From: Eledone cirrhosa
Taxonomy: Eukaryota
Assembly (NCBI GenBank): GCA_964016885.1
Contig: OZ024740.1
Span: 425,382,001 to 425,446,000 of the forward strand
Reading direction: 5' to 3'
Length of the DNA: 64,000 bases
Shown: positions 1-14,103 of the stretch, piece by piece
Position numbering within the stretch: the stretch's first letter is position 1
How the letters are laid out: every line of letters starts with the position of its first letter
The notes under the pieces: model-generated
Databases searched by the model: none
The model's input: the letters and a program-made list of their open reading frames with translations, nothing else
Told to the model about the DNA's origin: nothing
Program-made: the position numbers and the translations under genes

Positions 1-593
1 GTTTGTTTTTGAGTGTGGAACGGTCAAATATTTATTTACTTCAATGACAAAGAGAACTTATTACATTTCATACGAAACAACAATTATTCAAAAGCAACAG
101 ATAAATTTATTCAACAACAAAAAAAATACCGATAAATATTTTTTTAAACATCTATCAACGAACATGGAAGAAAGAAGTATCAGTTCATTTACTATACACA
201 ATAATATCCTCTATGAGGTCACTAAACCTGCTAGAAACAGCAGCTAACTCTCCCCCATATCACATCACTCCCTACTGTCTTAAATTTAGAAAACACACAT
301 TAGACAACCATGCAGAACAACTCCATCGCAGCTCTGTTGTTCGGCTGGCATCGTCTATGCGCGTGTTGCGCAAGTACTGTGAAACAATAAATTTCAACAC
401 TTCTTTGCATAGAGATAATATCCATAGGCGAAACTACAATTGTCACTGCTGGCGCAGCTCCTGCTTCGGCAGTCCAGGTCTGCAATTCATTCACCCAGTG
501 CCTGGCAGACAAAAAAGTGCTGCCATAAAATGGGTGGTGCAACCTAAATTTGGTAACTTACTGACCCCGAGCAACGCCGGGCTTTAATGCTAG
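1..593 (+). mobile_element. Helitron-like element, 3' end (non-coding, 5' boundary unknown)
   Basis: GC-rich hairpin CCCCGAGCAACGCCGGG (565-581) followed after 8 nt by terminal CTAG (590-593) and a T, the usual Helitron 3' signature. Confidence 0.6.
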
Positions 594-764
594 TATATAT
601 ATATATAATACATTAACAGAGAAAGCTTTAAGCGATACCCTGACCAACTCCATCTCACTCAACACACATTAGGAAATACCTAAGTATAATCCCAATTTAG
701 TGTTTGGGGTGCTAACTATACAGTATTCCGTGGATAGCTGGTTGTATTATTTTTTATGAGACAT

Positions 765-837
<73 letters not shown>

Positions 838-1070
838 TTAGAAACACACAGATACATGCGGACACACACATATATACATGAATGCATCCGCACCCAACTG
901 TGAGTTAAGGGTGCCAACTTCACCGATGTTGCTCAATGAATGACTGGGACAGACCAATTCAGTTGAACTAGACTGAACAAGTATCAGAGTTAAAAATACA
1001 TTATGAAGAGAGAAGAAACATTTAGATATAATTAGTAATAAAATGTATCATACCTAAACTGCTCCTAAAT

Positions 1071-1160
1071 TCCTCGACTACGTAGTTTCGTGGCATAAAC
1101 AAAAACAATATATCATAAAGATATAGAGTCCTTGCGAGGTCTGCCGACTTATCAAGAGGA
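1071..1160 (-). ncRNA. Hammerhead ribozyme (U3-A8 core variant), inverted copy
   Basis: Reverse complement of the motif at 2230-2319. Confidence 0.65.
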
Positions 1161-1634
1161 TACCTCATTTTACTAGTCTCAAGAACGCGTCTACACGACG
1201 TGAGAAAGAATCCCAAAAGGCGGAGGGGGAGATAGTCACGCGATATAACGGTCGAGAAACAGAGCTAAGCCCCTTATAACCCCGAAGAAAATACCACGGA
1301 GGCGGAGGGGGTATTTATATCGAGGCCGTAGAAGAGGTGGTGAAGAAGGCGAGAAGTATGAGTAATGGAAGCTTTCCAGCTGTCCCCACACTTCAAAGAT
1401 TGCTCGACCAGAGGGAGTTATTAACAATATATTTAGAAACACACAGATACATGCGGACACACACATATATACATGAATGCATCCGCACCCAACTGTGAGT
1501 TAAGGGTGCCAACTTCACCGTTGTTGCTCAATGAATGACTGGGACAGACCAATTCAGTTGAACTAGACTGAACCAGTATCAGAGTTAAAAATACATTATG
1601 AAGAGAGAAGAAACATTTAGATATAAATGAGGTA

Positions 1635-1724
1635 TCCTCTTGATAAGTCGGCAGACCTCGCAAGGACTCTATATCTTTATGATATATTGTTTTTGTTTAT
1701 GCCACGAAACTACGTAGTCGAGGA
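1635..1724 (+). ncRNA. Type I hammerhead ribozyme with UUGAUAA core
   Basis: tcctc-TTGATAA-gtcggca...tgccac-GAAA-ctacgtag-TC-gagga: 5-bp stem I, long stem II, palindromic stem III, GUC triplet. Confidence 0.65.
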
Positions 1725-2229
1725 ATTTAGGAGCAGTTTAGGTATGATACATTTTATTACTAATTATATCTAAATGTTTCTTCTCTCTTCATAATATATT
1801 TTTAACTCTGATACTGGTTCAGTCTAGTTCAAATGAATTGGTCTGTCCCAGTCATTCATTGAGCAACATCGGTGAAGTTGGCACCCTTAACTCACAGTTG
1901 GGTGCGGATGCATTCATGTATATATGTGTGTGTCCGCGTGTATCTGTGTGTTTCTAAATATATTGTTAATAACTCCCTCTGGTCGAGCAATCTTTGAAGT
2001 GTGGGGACAGCTGGAAAGCTTCCATTACTCATACTTCTCGCCTTCTTCACCACCTCTTCTACGGCCTCGATATAAATACCCCCTCCGCCTCCGTGGTATT
2101 TTCTTCGGGGTTATAAGAGGCTTAGCTCTGTTTCTCGACCGTTATATCGCGTGACTATCTCCCCCTCCGCCTTTTGGGATTCTTTCTCACGTCGTGTAGA
2201 CGCGTTCTTGAGACTAGTAAAATGAGGTA

Positions 2230-2319
2230 TCCTCTTGATAAGTCGGCAGACCTCGCAAGGACTCTATATCTTTATGATATATTGTTTTTGTTTATGCCAC
2301 GAAACTACGTAGTCGAGGA
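2230..2319 (+). ncRNA. Type I hammerhead ribozyme with UUGAUAA core (second tandem copy)
   Basis: Same sequence as 1635-1724, 595 bp downstream. Confidence 0.65.
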
Positions 2320-2388
2320 ATTTAGGAGCAGTTTAGGTATGATACATTTTATTACTAATTATATCTAAATGTTTCTTCTCTCTTCATA

Positions 2389-2471
<83 letters not shown>

Positions 2472-2475
<4 letters not shown>

Positions 2476-2531
2476 AACAAGTATGACCTCGACGGCAGAG
2501 CTCAAGCCGTTTCGACGGCTAATTCTGGACT
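2472..2531 (-). mobile_element. Mini-element family 1 fragment (3' half of an HHR)
   Basis: Minus strand GAAAcggcttgagctctgccgTCgaggtcatac matches 36061-36229 and 15059-15222. Confidence 0.6.
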
Positions 2532-2583
2532 ATATAAGAATTTTTAGCCTAGTAAATAAATAGCCAAACTTCATATATGTATA

Positions 2584-2653
<70 letters not shown>

Positions 2654-2835
2654 TATATATATACATATCACAGTATCACAGGCATTGATTGTTCCAGACG
2701 TGCCAACCTCTAAAAACCCAAACGGGAGTACCATGAAAAAAGAGTTGACAGGTCTGTCGTTCGACAGTTAAGCTTAAACTTAAACAAATCTGTTTAAGCT
2801 TAACCATTGAGCAAAACACCGCCATAGTATCTCAT

Positions 2836-3134
<299 letters not shown>

Positions 3135-3610
3135 CGTGTGTGTGTAGGGTGTCTGCATGTGTGTATGTGTGTATAATGAAATATTTACTATCCAGCCTTA
3201 CTTTTCAAGGAATACACAAGTATTTATAGCCTACCAAATTAGAATCGAAATCATGTCATTCACCGAATTTGTAAATAGTCTAATAAGAATTGGGTGTACA
3301 AAACTCCAGGGCGGAAACAATAGACATCAGCATGCGAGGGAATGGAACTGACACATTACTTTTCGTGAAAAATGTGATAGCCGATTGCAAATTCCATTGG
3401 CTGAGTATGGAACGCATCGAAACACGTGTCAGACTCTCGAATTGTTAATAAATAGATAAATTATTGAATATGACAAAGGAGACTTAATATTTTTTATTAA
3501 ACTGTATATATATATGACTCTCCACATGTTACCTTTGACACTAACAACAATTATGTACCCTAAATGTTCTAAATAACTAGGATTTTAGTAACATGTTTCG
3601 ACATTCCATA

Positions 3611-3657
3611 TGCTCCGATGATTCCAGACCTCCCTCTGGAAGAAACAATTGTCAGCA
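3611..3657 (+). ncRNA. Minimal Type I hammerhead ribozyme (CCGAUGA core)
   Basis: tgct-CCGATGA-ttccaga/cctccc/tctggaa-GAAA-caattg-TC-agca: perfect stems I and II, palindromic stem III, GUC. Confidence 0.75.
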
Positions 3658-3781
3658 AATAAATGTTCTAAACTATATATATATATATATATATATTGTT
3701 ATACTTGGGGAGGGTCATATTTGTGTGATAATATTGCCAGAATTAATAACAGATAAATTATATATATATAAATATATATAC

Positions 3782-3923
<142 letters not shown>

Positions 3924-3924
3924 A

Positions 3925-3969
<45 letters not shown>

Positions 3970-4898
3970 TCTTTTGTCAGTACTTTAAAAATAAATCTCA
4001 AAACGTATTAATTAAACGCTTAAATTTATTTAAGCTTTGTGGACTCCCTTGCTCTGATTAAGAAAACCATTCTAATAAATATAGATGCATGCATGCATGC
4101 ATACATACATACACATATACATACATACATACATACATATACATACATACATACACACATACATATATGATGGCTGCTCCCTCGTTATCGAGTATGGTCA
4201 TAACATATATACAGACATATATACAGACATACGTACATACATACACACATACATAGATCCATCCATACACACATACATACGTCCATCCATCCATACATAT
4301 ATACATCTAAACTTAGTTAAATGTAGATACATTCTAGTATTAAATTGAATGTCTGTTTTCAGTAATTATGTATTTGCACTGCAGTGACATAAATTGTGTG
4401 GCTTCTATGTTATTTGCTGAAAGAACACATCCGTCGTTAGTGAGGGCCCCGCGACAAGGTGTGGCTGTTTCAGGACTTCTCCCCCACCCCTCTCTGGGGC
4501 AATGTCTTCTTCATCCTGTTGGTCGGGTCCAGGAGTAGGACTGACCCTTAAGTTTCAATTATGGTGGTGGCATGTAGATTAGATTTACCTCTATATGTCT
4601 GATTAGTAAGAAAGTGAAAACATTTAACAGTAGCTATCTTTCCTCTCCCTTATAATATACATAACACATTCCTTACCCCTCTCTCAATATATGTAACTTA
4701 CCCTCTTCTCTCTCTCTATATAGATATATTACTCTCTTCCATTTCTCTCACGGCCAAATATTGCATTTAAAATATGCTATATGGTAAACGAGGGTTGATC
4801 GTAAGGTTAAGGTACCTCGAAACTTCCTATGTCGTCCCTCCTGTGTTTTCTGCATCCCTTTCTTGTTCTTTGCTTTCTTTTCAACCGTGAATTAGTGA

Positions 4899-4990
4899 AG
4901 GCATGTGGCATAGTGAGGTTGCGAGTTCGATTCCCGGACCAAGCGATACGTTAAGTCCTTGAGCAAGTCACTATATTTCACGTTGCTCCT
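4899..4990 (+). mobile_element. tRNA-derived SINE family A, 5' part, truncated by the satellite
   Basis: A-box-like TGGCATAGTG, B-box GAGTTCGATTCCC, then gtccttgagcaag...tttcacgttgctcc shared with other copies in the window. Confidence 0.7.
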
Positions 4991-4995
4991 TCTGC

Positions 4996-7900
4996 TAGTA
5001 GATAGTATCTGCAATGGAAGACCAGTAAATAGTATCAACAATGGAAGACCAGTAAATAGTATCAACAATGGAAGACCAGTAAATAGTATCAACAATGGAA
5101 GACTAGTAAATAGTATCAACAGTGGAAGACCAGTAAATAGTATCAACAATGGAAGACCAGTAAATAATATAAACAATGGAAGACCAGTAAATAGTATCAA
5201 CAATGGAAGACCAGTAAATAGTATCAACAGTGGAAGACCAGTAAATAGTATCAACAATGGAAGACCAGTAAATAGTATCAACAATGGAAGACCAGTAAAT
5301 AATATCAACAATGGAAGACCAGTAAATAGTATCAACAGTGGAAGACCAGTAAATAGTATCAACAATGGAAGACCAGTAAATAGTATCAACAATGGAAGAC
5401 CAGTAAATAGTATCAACAGTGGAAGACCAGTAAATAATATCAACAATGGAAGACCAGTAAATAGTATCAACAATGGAAGACCAGTAAATAGTATCAACAG
5501 TGGAAGACCAGTAAATAGTATCAACAATGGAAGACCAGTAAATAGTATCAGCAATGGAAGACTAGTAAATAGTATCAACAATGGAAGACCAGTAAATAGT
5601 ATCAGCAATGGAAGACCAGTAAATAGTATCAGCAATGGAAGACTAGTAAATAGTATCAACAATGGAAGACCAGTAAATAGTATCAACAGTGGAAGACCAG
5701 TAAATAGTATCAAAAATGGAAGACCAGTAAATAGTATCAACAATGGAAGACCAGTAAATAGTATCAGAAATGGAAGACCAGTAAATAGTATCAAAAATGT
5801 AAGACCAGTAAATAGTATCAACAGTGGAAGACCAGTAAATAGTATCAAAAATGGAAGACCAGTAAATAGTATCAACAATGGAAGACCAGTAAATAGTATC
5901 AACAATGGAAGACCTGTAAATAGTATCAACAATGGAAGACCAGTAAATAGTATCAACAATGGAAGACCAGTAAATAGTATCAACAATGGAAGACCAGCAA
6001 ATAGTATCAACAATGGAAGACCAGTAAATAGTATCAAAATGGAAGACCAGTAAATTGTATCAACAATGGAAGACCAGTAAATAGTATAAAAAATGGAAGA
6101 CCAGTAAATAGTATCAACAGTGGAAGACCAGTAAATAGTATCAGCAATGGAAGATTAGTAAATAGTATCAACAATGGAAGACCAGTAAATAGTATCAACA
6201 ATGGAAGACCAGTAAATAGTATCAACAGTGGAAGACCAGTAAATAATATCAACAATGGAAGACCAGTATATAGTATCAACAATGGAAGACCAGTAAATAG
6301 TATCAACAGTGGAAGACCAGTAAATAGTATCAACAATGGAAGACCAGTAAATAGTATCAGCAATGGAAGACTAGCAAATAGTATCAACAATGGAAGACCA
6401 GTAAATAGTATCAGCAATGGAAGACCAGTAAATAGTATCAGCAATGGAAGACTAGTAAATAGTATCAACAATGGAAGACCAGTAAATAGTATCAACAGTG
6501 GAAGACCAGTAAATAGTATCAAAAATGGAAGACCAGTAAATAGTATCAACAATGGAAGACCAGTAAATAGTATCAGAAATGGAAGACCAGTAAATAGTAT
6601 CAACAATGGAAGACCAGTAAATAGTATCAAAAATGGAAGACCAGTAAATAGTATCAACAGTGGAAGACCAGTAAATAGTATCAAAAATGGAAGACCAGTA
6701 AATAGTATCAACAATGGAAGACCAGTAAATAGTATCAACAATGGAAGACCTGTAAATAGTATCAACAATGGAAGACCAGTAAATAGTATCAACAATGGAA
6801 GACCAGTAAATAGTATCAACAATGGAAGACCAGTAACTAGTATAAAAAATGGAAGACCAGTAAATAGTATCAACAGTGGAAGACCAGTAAATAGTATCAG
6901 CAATGGAAGATTAGTAAATAGTATCAACAATGGAAGACCAGTAAATATTATGAACAATGGAAGACCAGTAAATAGTATCAGCAATGGAAGACTATTAAAT
7001 AGTATCAAAAATGGAAGACCAGTAAATAGTATCAACAGTGGAAGACCAGTAAATAGTATCAACAATGGAAGACCAGTAAATAGTATCAAAAATGGAAGAC
7101 CAGTAAATAGTATCACCAGTGGAAGACCTGTAAATAGTATCAACAGTGGAAGACCAGTAAATAGTATCAACAATGGAAGACCAGTAAATAGTATCAGCAA
7201 TGGAAGACTAGTAAATAGTATAAAAAATGGAAGACCAGTAAATAGTATCAAAAATGGAAGACCAGTAAATAGTATCAACAATGGAAGACCAGTAAATAGT
7301 ATCAACAATGGAAGACCAGTAAATAGTATCAGCAATGGAAGACTAGTAAATAGTATCAAAAATGGAAGACCAGTAAATAGTATCAAAAATGGAAGACCAG
7401 TAGATAGTATCAACAATGGAAGACCAGTAAATAGTATCAAAAATGGAAGACCAGTAAAAAGTATCAGCAATGGAAGACCAGTAAATAGTATCAGCAATGG
7501 AAGACCAGTAAATAGTATCAGCAATGGAAGACTAGTAAATAGTATCAGCAATGGAAGACCAGTAAATAGTATCAACAATGGAAGACCAGTAAATAGTATC
7601 AGCAATGGAAGACCAGTAAATAGTATCAGCAATGGAAGACCAGTAAATAGTATCAACAATGGAAGACCAGTAAATAGTATCAACAATGGAAGACTAGTAA
7701 ATAGTATCAACAATGGAAGACCAGTAAATAGTATCAAAAATGGAAGATCAGTAAATAGTATCAACAATGGAAGACCAGTAAATAGTATCAACAATGGAAG
7801 ACCAGTAAATAGTATCAACAATGGAAGACGAGTAAATAGTATCAACAATGGAAGACTAGTAAATAGTATCAGCAATGGAAGACCAGTAAATAGTATCAAC

Positions 7901-10900
7901 AATGGAAGACTAGTAAATAGTATCAGCAATGGAAGACTATTAAATAGTATCAAAAATGGAAGACCAGTAAACAGTATCAACAGTGGAAGAGCAGTAAATA
8001 GTATCAACAATGGAAGACCAGTAAATAGTATCAAAAATGGAAGACCAGTAAATAGTATCAACAGTGGAAGACCAGTAAATAGTATCAACAGTGGAAGACC
8101 AGTAAATAGTATCAACAATGGAAGACCAGTAAATAGTATCAGCAATGGAAGACTAGTAAATAGTATCAAAAATGGAAGACCAGTAAGTAGTATCAAAAAT
8201 GGAAGACCAGTAAATAGTATCAACAATGGTAGACCAGTAAATAGTATCAACAATGGAAGACCAGTAAATAGTATCAGCAATGGAAGACTAGTAAATAGTA
8301 TCAACAATGGAAGACCAGTAAATAGTATCAACAATGGAAGACCAGTAAATAGTATCAACAATGGAAGACCAGTAAATAGTATCAGCAATGGAAGACTATT
8401 AAATAGTATCAAAAATGGAAGACCAGTAAATAGTATCAACAGTGGAAGACCAGTAAATAGTATCAACAATGGAAGACCAGTAAATAGTATCAAAAATGGA
8501 AGACCAGTAAATAGTATCACCAGTGGAAGACCAGTAAATAGTATCAACAGTGGAAGACCAGTAAATAGTATCAACAATGGAAGACCAGTAAATAGTATCA
8601 GCAATGGAAGACTAGTAAATAGTATAAAAAATGGAAGACCAGTAAATAGTATCAAAAATGGAAGACCAGTAAATAGTATCAACAATGGAAGACCAGTAAA
8701 TAGTATCAACAATGGAAGACCAGTAAATAGTATCAGCAATGGAAGACTAGTAAATAGTATCAACAATGGAAGACCAGTAAATAGTATCAAAAATGGAAGA
8801 TCAGTAAATAGTATCAACAATGGAAGACCAGTAAATAGTATCAGCAATGGAAGACTAGTAAATAGTATCAAAAATGGAAGACCAGTAAATAGTATCAAAA
8901 ATGGAAGACCAGTAGATAGTATCAACAATGGAAGACCAGTAAATAGTATCAAAAATGGAAGACCAGTAAAAAGTATCAGCAATGGAAGACCAGTATATAG
9001 TATCAGCAATGGAAGACTAGTAAATAGTATCAGCAATGGAAGACTAGTAAATAGTATCAGCAATGGAAGACCAGTAAATAGTATCAACAATGGAAGACCA
9101 GTAAATAGTATCAGCAATGGAAGACCAGTAAATAGTATCAGCAATGGAAGACCAGTAAATAGTATCAACAATGGAAGACCAGTAAATAGTATCAACAATG
9201 GAAGACTAGTAAATAGTATCAACAATGGAAGACCAGTAAATAGTATCAAAAATGGAAGATCAGTAAATAGTATCAACAATGGAAGACCAGTAAATAGTAT
9301 CAACAATGGAAGACCAGTAAATAGTATCAACAATGGAAGACCAGTAAATAGTATCAACAATGGAAGACTAGTAAATAGTATCAGCAATGGAAGACCAGTA
9401 AATAGTATCAACAATGGAAGACTAGTAAATAGTATCAGCAATGGAAGACTATTAAATAGTATCAAAAATGGAAGACCAGTAAACAGTATCAACAGTGGAA
9501 GACCAGTAAATAGTATCAACAATGGAAGACCAGTAAATAGTATCAAAAATGGAAGACCAGTAAATAGTATCAACAGTGGAAGACCAGTAAATAGTATCAA
9601 CAGTGGAAGACCAGTAAATAGTATCAACAATGGAAGACCAGTAAATAGTATCAGCAATGGAAGACTAGTAAATAGTATCAAAAATGGAAGACCAGTAAGT
9701 AGTATCAAAAATGGAAGACCAGTAAATAGTATCAACAATGGTAGACCAGTAAATAGTATCAACAATGGAAGACCAGTAAATAGTATCAGCAATGGAAGAC
9801 TAGTAAATAGTATCAACAATGGAAGACCAGTAAATAGTATCAACAATGGAAGACCAGTAAATAGTATCAACAATGGAAGACCAGTAATTAGTATCAGCAA
9901 TGGAAGACTATTAAATAGTATCAAAAATGGAAGACCAGTAAATAGTATCAACAGTGGAAGACCAGTAAATAGTATCAACAATGGAAGACCAGTAAATAGT
10001 ATCAAAAATGGAAGACCAGTAAATAGTATCACCAGTGGAAGACCAGTAAATAGTATCAACAGTGGAAGACCAGTAAATAGTATCAACAATGGAAGACCAG
10101 TAAATAGTATCAGCAATGGAAGACTAGTAAATAGTATAAAAAATGGAAGACCAGTAAATAGTATCAAAAATGGAAGACCAGTAAATAGTATCAACAATGG
10201 AAGACCAGTAAATAGTATCAACAATGGAAGACCAGTAAATAGTATCAGCAATGGAAGACTAGTAAATAGTATCAAAAATGGAAGACCAGTAAATAGTATC
10301 AAAAATGGAAGACCAGTAAATAGTATCAACAATGGAAGACCAGTAAATAGTATCAACAATAGAAGACCAGTAAATAGTATCAGCAATGGAAGACTAGTAA
10401 ATAGTATCAACAATGGAAGACCAGTAAATAGTATCAACAATGGAAGACCAGTAAATAGTATCAACAATGGAAGACCAGTAAATAGTATCAACAATGGAAG
10501 ATCAGTAAATAGTATCAACAATGGAAGACCAGTAAATATTATGAACAATGGAAGACCAGTAAATAGTATCAGCAATGGAAGACCAGTAAATAGTATCAGC
10601 AATGGAAGACCAGTAAATAGTATCAACAATAGAAGACTAGTAAATAGTATCAACAATGGAAGACCAGTAAATAGTATCAAAAATGGAAGACCAGTAAATA
10701 GTATCAACAATGGAAGACCAGTAAATAGTATCAACAATGGAAGACCAGTAGATAGTATCAACAATGGAAGACCAGTAAATAGTATCAAAAATGGAAGACC
10801 AGTAAAAAGTATCAGCAATGGAAGACCAGTAAATAGTATCAGCAATGGAAGACCAGTAAATAGTATCAGCAATGGAAGACTAGTAAATAGTATCAGCAAT

Positions 10901-13517
10901 GGAAGACCAGTAAATAGTATCAACAATGGAAGACCAGTAAATAGTATCAGCAATGGAAGACCAGTAAATAGTATCAGCAATGGAAGACCAGTAAATAGTA
11001 TCAGCAATGGAAGACTAGTAAATAGTATCAGCAATGGAAGACCAGTAAATAGTATCAACAATGGAAGACCAGTAAATAGTATCTGCAATGGAAGACCAGT
11101 AAATAGTATCAACAATGGAAGACTAGTAAATAGTATCAACAATGGAAGACCAGTAAATAGTATCAACAATGGAAGACCAGTAAATAGTATCAGCAATGGA
11201 AGACTAGTAAATAGTATCAGCAATGGAAGACTAGTAAATAGTATCAGCAATGGAAGACTAGTAAATAGTATCAGCAATGGAAGACTAGTAAATAGTATCA
11301 ACAATGGAAGACCAGTAAATAGTATCAACAGTGGAAGACCAGTAAATAGTATCAACAATGGAAGAATAGTAAATAGTATCAGCAATGGAAGACTATTAAA
11401 TAGTATCAAAAATGGAAGACCAGTAAATAGTATCAACAGTGGAAGACCAGTAAATAGTATCAACAATGGAAGACCAGTAAATAGTATCAAAAATGGAAGA
11501 CCAGTAAATAGTATCAACAGTGGAAGACCAGTAAATAGTATCAACAGTGGAAGACCAGTAAATAGTATCAACAATGGAAGACCAGTAAATAGTATCAGCA
11601 ATGGAAGACTAGTAAATAGTATCAAAAATGGAAGACCAGTAAATAGTATCAAAAATGGAAGACCAGTAAATAGTATCAACAATGGAAGACCAGTAAATAG
11701 TATCAGCAATGGAAGACCAGTAAATAGTATCAACAATGGAAGACCAGTAAATAGTATCAGCAATGGAAGACTAGTAAATAGTATCAACAATGGAAGACCA
11801 GTAAATTGTATCAACAATGGAAGACCAGTAAATAGTATCAACAATGGAAGACCAGTAAATAGTATCAACAATGGAAGATTAGTAAATAGTATCAACAATG
11901 GAAGACCAGTAAATATTATGAACAATGGAAGACCAGTAAATAGTATCAGCAATGGAAGACCAGTAAATAGTATCAACAATGGAAGACCAGTAAATAGTAT
12001 CAACAATGGAAGACTAGTAAATAGTATCAACAATGGAAGACCAGTAAATAGTATCAAAAATGGAAGATCAGTAAATAGTATCAACAATGGAAGACCAGTA
12101 AATAGTATCAACAATGGAAGACCAGTAAATAGTATCAACAATGGAAGACCAGTAAATAGTATCAACAATGGAAGACTAGTAAATAGTATCAGCAATGGAA
12201 GACCAGTAAATAGTATCAGCAATGGAAGACCAGTAAATAGTATCAGCAATGGAAGACTAGTAAATAGTATCAGCAATTGAAGACCAGTAAATAGTATCAA
12301 CAATGGAAGACCAGTAAATAGTATCAGCAATGGAAGACCAGTAAATAGTATCAGCAATGGAAGACCAGTAAAATAGTATCAGCAATGGAAGTCTTGTAAA
12401 TAGTATCAGCAATGGAAGACCAGTAAATAGTATCAACAATGGAAGACCAGTAAATAGTATCTGCAATGGAAGACCAGTAAATAGTATCAGCAATGGAAGA
12501 CCAGTAAATAGTATCAGCAATGGAAGACTAGTAAATAGTATCAACAATGGAAGACCAGTAAATGGTATCAACAGTGGAAGACCAGTAAATAGTATCAGCA
12601 ATGGAAGACCAGTAAATAGTATCAGCAATGGAAGACCAGTAAATAGTATCAACAGTGGAAGACCAGTAAATAGTATCAGCAATGGAAGACTAGTAAATAG
12701 TATCAACCATGGAAGACCAGTAAATAGTATCAGCAATGGAAGACCAGTAAATAGTATTAACAATGGAAGACCAGTAAATAGTATCAGCAATGGAAGACCA
12801 GTAAATAGTATCAGCAATGGAAGACCAGTAAATAGTATCAACAGTGGAAGACCAGTAAATAGTATCAACAATGGATGACTAGTAAATAGTATCAACAGTG
12901 GAAGACCAGTAAATAGTATCAAAAATGGAAGACCAGTAAATAGTATCAAAAATGGAAGACCAGTAAATAGTATCAACAATGGAAGACCAGTAAATAGTAT
13001 CAACAGTGGAAGACCAGTAAATAGTATCAACAATGGAAGACCAGTAAATAGTATCAACAGTGGAAGACCAGTAAATAGTATCAACAGTGGAAGACCAGTA
13101 AATAGTATCAACAATGGAAGACCAGTAAATAGTATCAACAGTGGAAGACCAGTAAATAGTAACAGCAATGGAAGACTAGTAAATAGTATCAACAGTGGAA
13201 GACCAGTAAATAGTATCAAAAATGGAAGACTAGTAAATAGTATCAACAATGGAAGACCAGTAAATAATATCAACAATGGAAGACCAGTAAATAGTATGAA
13301 CAATGGAAGACCAGTAAATAGTATCAAAAATGGAAGACCAGTAAATGGTATCAACAATGGAAGACCAGTAAATAGTATCAACAATGGAAGACCAGTAAAT
13401 AGTATCAGCAATGGAAGACCAGTAAATAGTATCAACAGTGGAAGACCAGTAAATAGTATCAACAGTGGAAGACCAGTAAATAGTATCAAAAATGGAAGAC
13501 CAGTAAATAGTATCAAC
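4996..13517. repeat. 27-bp tandem satellite (AATGGAAGACCAGTAAATAGTATCAAC)n, ~315 copies, with a 1512-bp higher-order repeat
   Basis: Continuous head-to-tail units with no spacers. Rare variants recur 1512 bp apart (7400/8912; 7969/9481). 1-nt indels near 6037 and 12370. Confidence 0.97.
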
Positions 13518-13640
13518 ATGGAAAGATCAATGGAAGCTTTGTTTCCCTTGGTCCGATTTGATGGCCTCGATAATTAAATGATGTCTGCGATCTTGTTCAT
13601 TAAATCCATCTTTTCCCTATTTCCGCTCATAATAGTGTGT

Positions 13641-13716
13641 TTCTTCTTCTTCTTCTTCTTCTTCTTCTTCTTCTTCTTCTTCTTCTTCTTCTTCTTCTTC
13701 TTCTTCTTCTTCTTCT

Positions 13717-13778
<62 letters not shown>

Positions 13779-13835
13779 TTCTTCTTCTTCTTCTTCTTCT
13801 TCTTCTTCTTCTTCTTCTTCTTCTTCTTCTTCTTC
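13641..13835. repeat. (TTC)n microsatellite, ~65 units
   Basis: Seen directly. Confidence 0.97.
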
Positions 13836-13845
13836 AAGTTCTGTG

Positions 13846-13990
13846 TTCAAAATTCGCCGAGGTAAGCTTTGTCTTTCATCTTTACGGGGTCGATAACATA
13901 AATTACCAGTAATACACTGGATCAATATAAAAGAAGGTCTTTCCACCCCAACCCCCCAAACATTGCTGGGCTTGTACCTCACTCAGAAAC
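13846..13990 (+). mobile_element. SINE family B fragment
   Basis: gttcaaaattcgccgagg...ctttcatc..tacggggtcgataa...accagtaatacactgg core shared with other copies. Confidence 0.7.
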
Positions 13991-14103
13991 CATTATTATT
14001 ATTATTAGGCATGTATTTTGTTTCTTGAAAGTAAAAAAGATTTGAAGCGAATAATATGTGGTGTACAAACATACCCCCCCCCCCCCCAACACACACACAT
14101 ACA

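Larger units (their letters stand above)
831..2392. mobile_element. Non-coding fold-back element built from a 595-bp unit (PLE pseudo-LTR / retrozyme-like), inserted in (TA)n
   Basis: 831-1032 repeats directly at 1426-1627 (offset 595). 1626-2392 is the reverse complement of the same unit, seen as mirror ORFs 1022/2368 and 1236/2154. (TA)n on both flanks; carries 3 HHR copies. Confidence 0.8.

Noticed and set aside
1022-2368. Duplicated 64- and 76-aa ORFs as small genes
   Set aside because: Identity comes from the inverted repeat; no recognisable domain. The same applies to 18698/19319 and 38838-39576/43501-44239.
3397-3437. Hammerhead CTGAGTA...GAAA-cacgtg-TC
   Set aside because: Core G8 is missing and stem I is weak; probably a decayed copy, so not listed as a feature.
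4996-13517. CRISPR array, or giant CDSs (2107 aa, 1776 aa)
   Set aside because: No unique spacers and no cas genes in a eukaryotic context; the ORFs follow from a stop-free 27-bp unit and are broken by indels.
13574-13982. Poly-K/E/F/L ORFs
   Set aside because: Frames of the (TTC)n repeat.
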